Source: Selaginella moellendorffii
Lineage: Eukaryota > Plantae > Lycopodiophyta
DNA: 64,000 nt
Direction: 5' to 3'
Assembly (NCBI RefSeq): GCF_000143415.4
Contig: NW_003314271.1
Span: 682,001 to 746,000, forward strand
Under the pieces are notes generated by a model. That model was not told the DNA's origin. It saw only the letters and a program-made list of their open reading frames with translations, and made no database searches. Of the stretch, positions 49,010 through 59,160 are shown piece after piece (the stretch's first letter is position 1; each line of letters opens with the position of its first letter). The translations under genes and the position numbers were made by a program.

Positions 49010-52000
49010 AACTTGTTTCGCGCGCATTGGTTTCATGCACTCACTTATTCCTACGATTTTGTGGTGACACCCTGGAGCAAATGGGATCTTCCAGCCCCTT
49101 CTAGAACAAATATAAGCCCAGGCCCCTTCTCAATTCTGTATCCCATTCCCAACCCTTCTCCACAGTAGCACTGAACGCCCGAGCTTTTGAATCCCCTCTC
49201 ACATTTGTCTTCTGTTTCTCTTTTGTGTTTTACAGATGACCTTCTTGGCTGCAAGGTGCCGCGTCGGGAATTTCATCGGCATGCCTGGTGTATCCTGATT
49301 AAGCACCACACCGATATTGCACAATATCACCAACAATGGCGTGGTGCTTAATCAGGATCCCGTTCGGAAAGTCGTTGTTTCTCACGGAAATAGAATATCT
49401 AGATCTAACGGCAGCTGTAACACCTCTGAGAGCACCACGAATGGAGATGGCTCCGTCTTTGTCTAGTGGGTACACACTAACGAGCGCTCTACAGAGTCCT
49501 GGTCCTGCTCATTGCGATACTGGTCAGCTCTTCCATCAAATCGGGTAGGACTAGGAACATGATTGGCGGCTCGCAGCTAAAGAGCATCATGGACATCAGC
49601 CGTGGTCGTGGACATGGAGTGCTTCACGAGCGAGGTGAGAGGCTACGCGTGCAGTAGTCGCAAGAATCTCTTTGGCGTTGAGGAGTCTTCTGGTGTGACC
49701 ATAAGGGTGATCCATGATTTCCACAATCTCAAACTGATATTGCTTGAGGGATAATAGGCTAGAGGCTAGACCATCCCAAAGAGAACTTTCTAAATGCTCG
49801 TCTCCCTCCTTTCAAAACCTCTGTGTGTAGATGTCCTACGTGTTGAAGGCCTCTACGTGTTGCAACTCCCTAGAGTTCTCGGCACCGGTGATGATCTCGA
49901 GCATGGAGATTGCTTCCTGCGGCATGAGGACAGTGAGAGGCTTGCCACTGGACGAGCATGCCCCTGCAACCTGCATCTCCAACATGTTGCGCTTGGTTGA
50001 AATGCCCGAGTCGAGCTGCTTTATCGTGACGTGATGCTTTCTTTCTGAATGCGAAGAACAATCCTTTAGAGACGAAAACGTAAAAAGAGTATCGCAAAGG
50101 TACCTGAGCGGAGCTGTCTGCTTCTACCATCCCTGAGTTTCGCCCTCTTCTCCTTGGACTGATCCGACTTCGCTTGGAGGTGGAGGATGGCGGTGGTGGT
50201 GGCATACTTTATATGGTATGTCTTCTCTGCTGAATTGCTTAGAACGATCTTCCATCTCCAGTGCGTCCATCTTCGAGGACTTCACTCTCACGTCACTCTC
50301 CAACCTGCCTCTGGCCACCACTTTGTTCTTGAGCTCTTTCACAAGGTTGTCCTTCTCTGCCGTGATGCTTGGACAAGTTTTGAGCCTTCAATGGTAGGCA
50401 CTACTGCTAGTGACTTCTTTCCTTCTGCAATGTCAAGTCTGTGATTTTCTTCGTGATGCTCTACTGCCACCAGACTTTCTTTCTCGTGCTGATTTCTTTC
50501 TCAAGCCTTTCTTTGTCTATGAGCCTGCTCACCGACGTTCCTCGCAATTGATAGAGCTCTCGAAAAATCGGGTCCGCTAAGACCTAAATTTCAAACTCGC
50601 ACTTCGTTTGTCTTCGTTTGTTTTAGTTTGATTTCATTTGAATTCATTTGTTTTTGTTAGACTGTATTTGAATTTGTTTGTTCTTGTTTGACTTCGTTTG
50701 ATTTTGTTTGACTTCTTTTGTAATCTGGTTATAGCTTCATTTACGAATTCCGTTGGTTATGGCGGACATGTTAAGGCCAATGCGTTGGCGGGGACTGTAA
50801 GAGGGAGCGAAGCGGCACCCTGCTGCCAAGAAGGAGCGCAGATGATTCATCTGTAAAACACAGAAGACAAATGTGAGAGGGCGCCCATTCGACTCAAAAG
50901 CCCCGCCTGGAGAAGGGATGGGAATAAGGTACAGGTTTGAGAAGGGGCATTTCTCAAGAGGATGCTCTTGGAAGCTCCCATTTTCACCAAAAAACCGTAA
51001 GAGTAAGACAAACAGACACATGGCATGCGATTGACTAAAAAAATTATTTAAGATTCCAGAATATTCATCTACATCTTTACACCATGGAATGGCCAGATGG
51101 GGCATCAATGCTGACCCTGGCCACTTGGAGCCCAGCCTAGGCCAAAATTTTCTTCAAGGTAGCGGGAAGTCCAAGCATGATAGCTGGCAGGGCAGCCACC
51201 AATCGGAGGGCTGCAATGGTGGTAGGGCAGCGAGCAAGTTTAGTCAACACTGTGTGGGCAACACCAGACACTAATAGTGGTGATCAGGGCATTGGATGTG
51301 TGATAAGGCATGTAGCTAAGAGCAAGGTGACACTGGACTCTACTGTAGAATAATGGTGAGTAGGGCATTGGATGCACAGTGTTTAGTGCAGTGGTATACC
51401 AGAGAGCTATTGAAGTTTGCGATAGCCTTCCTTTTATTTCTTTTTTTCTTGAGGCTTTTTTATTTACACAATATCTAGATACCATTTGCAAAATGGGCAA
51501 AAGGCGACAGACAATTCCAAATATTGAAGAGCCATTAGAACTGCATGTGAAAGTTGTGGCAATTCAAGGCACCTCACCCATGGAGCTTTCTGAGTGCACA
51601 TACATGAGTTTTTTTACAGCAATAAATCGCTATTTAAATATTATCTGAAGCCGGTGTTGAAGCTGGTGTTATGACATCATTATTTAGCACAATAGCTTCT
51701 TCATCCACCGTAGCTCGTCAAGACTTTCCCACGCCATCTCAAGCTACAAACAAGGTTCCTAGTGGTTCCAAGTATTGTGCGCTTTAGGCATTTACAGAGT
51801 CTAGAGACTCCCTTTGCTCAGGTACTTCCAAAATTTTAGTTTTATTTGCATGGAGTCATGCATTGTGTTATGTAGCATTAGTTGCTTCTGTCCATGCAGC
51901 AGCAAAATCTAACATGCATCAACACAAGACAAAATGTAAGAGAGCTTTAGCATACAATACCAATCAAAGTGGTTGTAAACGAAATGCCAATATGAACTTC

Positions 52001-55000
52001 CAAGGAATGTCTAGAGCTCCTATCAACACAATGGTCACCAAGTGGATTATGATTCCAAAAATGTTTGAAGCTGGCACCTTCTTCCATGATGGTGTCCTTA
52101 ATGTCTGCCTCCTTTCTTTGGCTTTAATCTCTATTTTCTTACCAAAAAATCTACTATAGACTCCCTCAATGGTGCATACAATCTTGATATTGTGCAAGAA
52201 CATGTATTACCAACACTCAGCTTTGGAGTTCTGATGGAGTGTGCAAACAAGCTTGGCTTGTTTGTGAGGCAAGCTAGGAAGGCAAAGACTGCTGCTACCA
52301 ATGTAGAGAGGTATGGTTTAGGGAGTATATTACCAGATTACCACCTAGCAACAACTTTGTTAAAGGGCATTAGTTATCTATCTTTATAATCCAAATAAGC
52401 ATTGGATGCTAAATGATAGAACAAGCTATGGTGATGTCTTTTTTTTTCATGCTTTACTTTACATTGAACTATGTTTTGCAAGAGGAGCTTAATGCATGTC
52501 TAGTGACATTGTTTTAAATGATATATGCATTAGGGAGGGGCAACACGAACAAGAGCAAGAGAGCCAATTTAACAATACCAACAGCTTTTTTGCAATTAGA
52601 AAATTACCTATTTTCATTTAAAAATTTTGGTTTGTTAATATTGACTTAAGTGTCTAAAGCTAAGCAAGTACTATAATATAAAAACCTACAACTTATATGT
52701 CCCAATAACAGATGCCTACCTTATTCCCTGTGGAGGAAAAAAAAAGAATTACCTCTTCCAAATCAAAAAGGAAGGGATTTATCTTCAGCAACTCCCATCA
52801 TTATTTGCCATATCAGCCCCGATCAGATCTCCTACCAAGGAAAAAGAAGAGATGCACCAAAGCATCTTACTAGCTCGTACATTTAATCCTACTCTCACTC
52901 CTACCAAGATCAATGTGCATCCAATGCCCTGCTCACCACTATCCTATAGTAGTGTAAGGCATTAATTCTCCCTAGAGCAAAGGAGAATATGCCCTCTTGA
53001 GGCCAAGGGGCATTTTCAAAGGCTTAATCGATTTGCTAATGGGCTGGCTTTGAGCACACAAAGGCAGCCTCAATCCTTTTCAGTGAATATTGGGTGTCAA
53101 TTGTGGCTGGAAGCGCTCTTGCATGCTTGATAAATGGAAACTATGATATGTTCATGTGGAACAAGGTCAGGCTATGTCGCCTTGGAGTACTCTATCAGAA
53201 AAAAAAAGAAAAAAAACCTAAAACAAATTCCCAATACACATGCTCTTCTATCTACAGCAATCATCAAGGTAGTAACATGTTTGGAGTTCTCGGTGATGAT
53301 CCCAGCTGCCATTGGACGAGCATGCCCATGCAACCTGCACCTCCAACATGTTGCGCTTGGTTGAAATGCTCGAGTCGAGCTACTTGATCATCGACGCGTC
53401 TTTCTGGATACATTTGAACCTCTCTCAAGTATGTCATGACAAACCTTTAGAGATGAAAACATAAAAGAGGTACCTGAGTGAAGCTGCTTGTACTCCTTAG
53501 GGAACTCAGAGATGGTAGAAGCAGACTTAATCTGGATTTGCAACGACTGCTTCTAGGTTGATTAACTTCGCTTCGAGGCAGAGGATGGCAGCAGTGGCGA
53601 ACCTAATTTCTTCTTCCTTGGATCCCTGCTGAATTGCTTAGAACGATCTTCCATCTTCTCCAATGCGTTGATCTTCAGGGGTGCCACCACTTTCTCCTTG
53701 GAGCTCTTTCACAACTCTACTGTGATGGCTTTAGACAAGTTCTCCTTCACCGGGAAGAAATGCTAATGACTTCTGTCCTTCTGTGACGTCAAGTCTGTGG
53801 CTATGCTCTACCATAGACTTTCTTCTTCGGCCTGATTTCTTTCTCAAACCTTTCTTTGTCTGTGAGCCTCCTCACCGACATTGTCCTCCCAGTTGATGAC
53901 CTGAGCAGCATGACAATACAGTTTGCCATGGCCCACAAGCCCTGTTCTTGCTACACTCTCAGGAGATCGGATGCTGGGAATCTTCTAAAGCCTTAGATTG
54001 TTTTGAATCTTATTTCTTGCTGTTCTCTGCTCTTACCACAAGGCATGCGATAGCTTGGCATAGAATAGAGGCCAATGAATTACCTTTTGTTCCATTGTCG
54101 CTTGCCATTAGGGTAACACTAGTTTACCATTTGTTAATAGAGAATATTTCCTAACTATTTAAATTACCCTGGAAACCAACTTTTTAGGGTTCTTGCAATG
54201 GACAATCCAAGGGGCTGCAATGAAACTTATGAGCAAGTTGTCCATGATATGGTTGTCCAGGCTTTCTATCGGCAAACACGAGCGAGATGAATTCCACCTG
54301 TATTTATAATTTTGTAACTGAATATAACTCTAAAGGGATTCACCTGGATTTGACTGGAGGGGGGCAGCTTCTTTTGGGGGGTTCAAACTACCATGGCGAG
54401 GGTAACATCATTCACATGGAATTGCATAGTAATGTGATATGGCATGTTTAAATAAGTACAATACACCACTTGGTTGGAGACATGGGTCTGCCATAGTCTT
54501 CCATCGTCTCCTTGGTCTTTATATTTCTTGACCATGTTCCAAACATTTAACAAAACCATCAAAACATTATATTGTTTGAGCCAAAACAATCGAATGAGAA
54601 GCATGCTCCAGAGATAATGCTAAGTAGCACAACTGTGACAGTGCCAGCACTACTCTTTATGTACTTGCAGTATATATATTTAAATTAGTGAGAACAAAAG
54701 TTCATGGTCATCCATGACATTGGAAGTCTTTGGCATTTGCCATGTAGAAAGGTGTCGACCCACGATTGAAATTTGGCTAAATGTTGGGGCTGTGGCCACG
54801 TGGAAATAATTAGGGCGCACGCTGGGGCGGGAGGAGCCGCGACAGACGGGAGAGGGAGTGCTGGAGAAAAAACAAAAAGAAGGTATAATGCCACGTCACT
54901 GCCAGGTAAGTGGAGAGAGTGAATCATGTTTTTTTGGGCCGTCCGTCTAAAGATTCTCCAGTATAGTCCGGTTCCTAAGCTTTCGAACTTGTTTCGCGCG

Positions 55001-56090
55001 CATTATTCTTCTCACACAAACTCAAGGCACGAACTTATTCTTGCGATTTTTTGGTGACACCCTGGAGCAAATGGAAGCTTCCAGCCCCTTCTAGAGCATG
55101 CCCTCAGGCCATATAAGCCCATGCTCCTTCTCAATTCTGTATCCCATCACTTCTCCGGAACACCTTCTCCTTTCTCCACAATACCTGAGAGGTAGGTTAT
55201 GGCGTTCTCTTGATTTTGGGGTTTTTGAAGCGAGTGGGCGTCCTCTCTCACATTCGTCTTCTGTCCCTCTTTTGTGATGCATCTTGTGCACTCCCTCTTG
55301 GCAGCAGCCCTGTTTCACCACGCCATTGGTGATGGAGGTGTCGTTGCCAAGGAAACTTTCCTTGGCTTTCCTTGGCGACGACACTTCCGCCATCACCAAT
55401 GGCATGGTGCTCAAAAATAGTTTGGAATACTGCCAGCCAAGGAAAATCATTTGCATCAACCACAAGCAACAAAGGAAGTAAGAGAGGAGGAAGAGGAGGA
55501 AGCAAGAGAACATTTTGGCACTCTCAGTGTGTTGCTCAGGCAAGTTTAATGTTGTTCCTCCTCTGTTGGCCTCCTTTGTTGATTGTGATTAGTGCGGTCC
55601 TCCATCTTCTCCAGTGCATCGATCTTCAAGGGCTTCATTTCACGCCACTCTCAAGCCTGCCTTTCGCCACAATTTTCTCCTTGAGCTCTTTCACAAGGTT
55701 GTGCTTCTTTGGCTGTGATGGCTTTCAGTTGCTTCGACAAGTTCTTCTTCACTGGGAAGAAATGCTAGTGACTTCTTTCCTTCTGCGACGTCAAGCCTGT
55801 GGCCACTACCGCAGACTTCCTTTCTCGGCCACAGAGCTGCTGATTTCTTTCTCAAACCTTTCTTTGTCTGTGAGCCTCCTCACTGACGTTGTCCCGACCT
55901 CCGCATGCACAGAGAATACATTGCCACCAGCGTGTTTGCCACGGCCCACAAGCTCTGTTCTTGCTACACTCTTAGGAAGTACAGAAGACTCCACCGCGAG
56001 ATCGGATGCTTGAATCCCTTTAGTGATATTAAGTTTCGGCGATCCTGATTCCATGGGCTTTGAAATCCAGCGCCCAAAATGAATGGAGCG
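49010..56090. repeat. Triplicated degenerate module of gene fragments
   Basis: 49010-49250 ~ 54980-55290 (inverted copy 50846-51007); 49870-50540 ~ 53280-53880, with its 3' part again at 55595-55890; 53920-53975 ~ 55935-56010; 56051-56086 ~ 48483-48518. Confidence 0.8.
51338..52954. mobile_element. Non-autonomous DNA transposon with ~44-bp TIRs (CACTA-like terminus)
   Basis: CTCTACTGTAGAATAATGGTGAGTAGGGCATTGGATGCACAGTG vs reverse complement of CAATGTGCATCCAATGCCCTGCTCACCACTATCCTATAGTAGTG; extra left-end copy near 51270; no clear TSD. Confidence 0.6.
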
Positions 56091-56195
56091 ATCCTCTTTC
56101 CGCTAAACAAAAAACAATCTTAAGTTAAATGTTTAAATACAAAACTAATCTAAACATAGTAACTTTAATGCCGAGAGTTAGGGTTCTTGGCAGCT

Positions 56196-57461
56196 ATGGA
56201 GGCTGTGATATTTGGCGACGAGGCGGTGCCTCAGATGCTTCTTCTCCTCTCCCAGGCCGCGCGGGATATCGGCGCTCTGGACCTCTCGTCTCCGCCTGCG
56301 AGGAACAAGAACCCGGTCTCCGCGCCATCGAAATCCAGGTATCATCGCGCATTGCTCCGAGAAGCGCCAAGATCCAGCAACAATGCCCTGGAAGCTAGGC
56401 TTCTCCAGGGGGCCTGCTCGGTCTCTCTTAGCAGCAGGGCGGCCCAAGATCGACCAGAGAGGGAGATGGATCCATCTCCATCGGCAAGGTCAAATTCGAA
56501 TTTCGAGAAGTACAGGGTCTCTGGCCAGGCTAGAATCCTCATGAACAATCTCACAGTTCTAGAGCGAGCGGCGATCGGCGCTGCTGCCGGAGGAATCGCT
56601 GGCGCTTTTACCTACGCTTGCCTGCATCCGCTAGACACGATCAAGACGCGGCTCCAGACGCGAGGAGCGGCAGAGGCGTACAAAGGCTCGATCGACGCAG
56701 CGGTGAAAATCCTCCAGAGCAAAGGCCTGGCGGGGTTTTACAGCGGGATCTCGGCCGTGATCGTCGGCTCCATGGTCTCCTCCGCGATCTACTTTGGAAC
56801 TTGCGAGTTTGGGAAGTCCTTCCTCTCGAAGGTGGCGAAGTTCCCGCCACTGCTCGTGCCGCCGGTGGCCGGAGCCATGGGAAACATCGTCTCGTCGGCC
56901 ATCCTCGTTCCAAAGGAGGTGATCACGCAGAGGATGCAAGCCGGTGCCAAGGGAAGATCCTGGAACGTCTTAATGAGAACTCTGGAGAGGGATGGACTGA
57001 AGGGGCTCTACGTCGGCTACTCGGCAGCTCTGCTCAGGAATCTACCGTCGGGGGTGATCAACTTCTCCACCTTCGAGTACCTGAGAGTGGCGTGGCTGCG
57101 AGTCTCGGGCCAGGATAGCTTGGAGCCATGGCAGAGCGTGAGCTCGGGAGCTCTGGCCGGTGCCATCGCTGCGGCGCTGACGACCCCGATGGACGTCGTC
57201 AAGACGAGGCTGATGACGCAATCGAGAGAGAGGGCGGCGGCGTTCACGTACGAGGGCGTGACGAGAACGCTGGAGAGGATCTGGATCGAGGAAGGATGGG
57301 CCGGGGTGACCAGAGGCATGGGTCCACGGCTGCTCCACAGCGCTTGCTTCTCGGCGATTGGGTTCTTTGCGTTTGAGACGGCGAGGTTTGAGATTCTCAA
57401 GCGCCATGTCGCCAACAAGCAAGCGGAGGTGTTGGAAGTGGAAGTCGACGAAAAGAAGTGA
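56196..57461 (+). CDS. MFL1: Mitochondrial carrier family protein, MITOFERRIN-LIKE 1 (plastid) type
   Basis: Three carrier motifs (PLDTIKTRLQ, PKEVITQRMQ, PMDVVKTRLM); SSAIYFGTCEFGKS and AGAMGNIVSSAI as recalled for MFL1; N-terminal extension; intronless. Confidence 0.85.
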   Translation: MEAVIFGDEAVPQMLLLLSQAARDIGALDLSSPPARNKNPVSAPSKSRYHRALLREAPRSSNNALEARLLQGACSVSLSSRAAQDRPEREMDPSPSARSNSNFEKYRVSGQARILMNNLTVLERAAIGAAAGGIAGAFTYACLHPLDTIKTRLQTRGAAEAYKGSIDAAVKILQSKGLAGFYSGISAVIVGSMVSSAIYFGTCEFGKSFLSKVAKFPPLLVPPVAGAMGNIVSSAILVPKEVITQRMQAGAKGRSWNVLMRTLERDGLKGLYVGYSAALLRNLPSGVINFSTFEYLRVAWLRVSGQDSLEPWQSVSSGALAGAIAAALTTPMDVVKTRLMTQSRERAAAFTYEGVTRTLERIWIEEGWAGVTRGMGPRLLHSACFSAIGFFAFETARFEILKRHVANKQAEVLEVEVDEKK

Positions 57462-57569
57462 AACAAAGTTTTGAGCTCGAGCCTCAGAAAAACTAAATGG
57501 TCAACGGTCAATGAAATACTGCTCTTTGGTCAATGGTCGCTAGGCTTCTTGGTTTAGGGTTTGATCGCA

Positions 57570-58157
57570 ATGCCGGAGAGTCAGATGGCTGTGGTGGCTG
57601 TGGCGGCGGTGGCCGCGATCGCCGTGGGTGGAGCTGCGATCGCATTCATGTACCATTGCTGCCAAGATCAGGTGAAGCGGCAAAAGAAGGAGAAGGTTGA
57701 GAGAATCAATTCGCAATTGGGGATTCGCGACGAGGATGCGCACCACCGCTACGAGCGGCGGGAGGAAGTGGATGTGGTGGAGATCGGGAAGGCCAAGCGC
57801 CCGGCGGTGAGGACCGTGGAAGAAATCAAGGCGTACTATGGCCGGCCTTCGAGGAAGGTGAGTTTTTTTTTTCTAGATCTGAGCAATGGTGTGATTGGAA
57901 AATCTCAAATCGCAGGACGCGTCATCCACCGCTGGAATCGCCACAGAGGCCAAGAACAAGCTCATGGAGCGCGGGGAGAAGCTTCAGGTTTTAAAAATCC
58001 CTTGTGCTTTCCATATCAATGTTTCCATTCTTTGTGTGCTTCTATGTAGGCTGTCAACGACAAGACGCAAGAGCTTGAATCAGAGGCCGAGAGCTTCGCA
58101 TCGCTGGCGGAAGAACTCGCCAAGAAAATGAAGGCTAGAAAATGGTGGGAGTTGTAA
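57570..58157 (+). CDS. 155-aa protein: N-terminal TM helix + tomosyn-type R-SNARE domain; exons 57570-57857, 57916-57987, 58050-58157
   Basis: Two phase-0 GT-AG introns give RTVEEIKAYYG..DASSTAGIATEAKNKLMERGEKLQAVNDKTQELESEAESFASLAEELAKKMKARKWWEL; hydrophobic AVVAVAAVAAIAVGGAAIAFMY at the N-terminus. Confidence 0.8.
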
Positions 58158-58218
58158 ACTTTGTAAATGAATTCCTCTTGTGTAAGTAAGAACAGGGAGA
58201 TTGTATATCGGATTGAAT

Positions 58219-59160
58219 CTATTTCGACCCTTTCCGCGACCGCGCGAACAATCCTTCGACCATTTCCAATCTCTTGAACAGGACGAGCGACAAGATGAGC
58301 AATCCCAGCGACGCTCCCGTGCAAATCACGATGATCTTCCCGAAGTACATGTTATCGTCGGTTTCGTGGCCATTGGGCACATTCATGCCAAACAATCCAG
58401 TGATGGAGTTGAACACGCTGGTGATACAAAAGGTGGCGGCCGCGATCACGAGCATGGAAGTCTCCCTCTTGGCGCTCGCCTCTGCCATTCGCGACTTAGC
58501 AACCTCCTCCACGCACTCGATCGTGGATTTCTTGCAGTGCTTCAATCCCTGGTTGATCCCCGCTAGGAGTGGCTTGTACGCGCAGAGAGCCCTCGCGAGA
58601 TCTTGGTTGCCACCATCGTCATTCTCGTAGAGGGCGGATTGAATGTTCCTCGCGATCGCGTATGTGGATGAGATCTCTTGCTTCAACTGTGCTGTCGCGA
58701 TTCTAACTGTGGGGAGATCACCCACGCAGCAATTTGATGCCTGGCACCGCAATACCTCCGCGCGACCCACAAGATTGGCCACCCGAGGGCCTAGAAATCG
58801 CCACACCTCGTCAATCCCACTCGCCAGAGCTAGAGACTGGAAAGCAGTGGGAGTTCTCCTATCGATCGACGAGTTTTCGCTAGAATTGTTGATAGATCGA
58901 AGCTTGGACCCGAGATCCTCGATGTAGGCATTGGCGAGGCCACTATCTAGCACAAAGACCTCGCTCCCGGCGATGATACAGCACAGATACTCGAGATTCA
59001 TGACGATCACCCCCCAGTAATTCGCGACTGTCACCATCGAGCTTTGGGACACAACAAAAGGAGGCACTAGAGGGAATCGCTGGTTGATATCGTTGGTGTC
59101 GAGTGGCCACGCCTGGATCTTTCCTGCCGAATCCATCCTCTTCCACGCTCTGGCAGACAT
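58219..59160 (-). CDS. Divergent intronless MRS2/CorA-family Mg2+ transporter-like protein
   Basis: GLFGMNVP between two C-terminal TM helices; N-terminal WKRMDSAG..IVMNLEYLCCII..EVFVLD matches the MRS2 layout. Confidence 0.75.
   Translation of the reverse strand: MSARAWKRMDSAGKIQAWPLDTNDINQRFPLVPPFVVSQSSMVTVANYWGVIVMNLEYLCCIIAGSEVFVLDSGLANAYIEDLGSKLRSINNSSENSSIDRRTPTAFQSLALASGIDEVWRFLGPRVANLVGRAEVLRCQASNCCVGDLPTVRIATAQLKQEISSTYAIARNIQSALYENDDGGNQDLARALCAYKPLLAGINQGLKHCKKSTIECVEEVAKSRMAEASAKRETSMLVIAAATFCITSVFNSITGLFGMNVPNGHETDDNMYFGKIIVICTGASLGLLILSLVLFKRLEMVEGLFARSRKGSK

Noticed and set aside
55372-56013. 213-aa plus-strand ORF
   Set aside because: Not conserved in the other two copies of the module; the coding-like signal is on the minus strand
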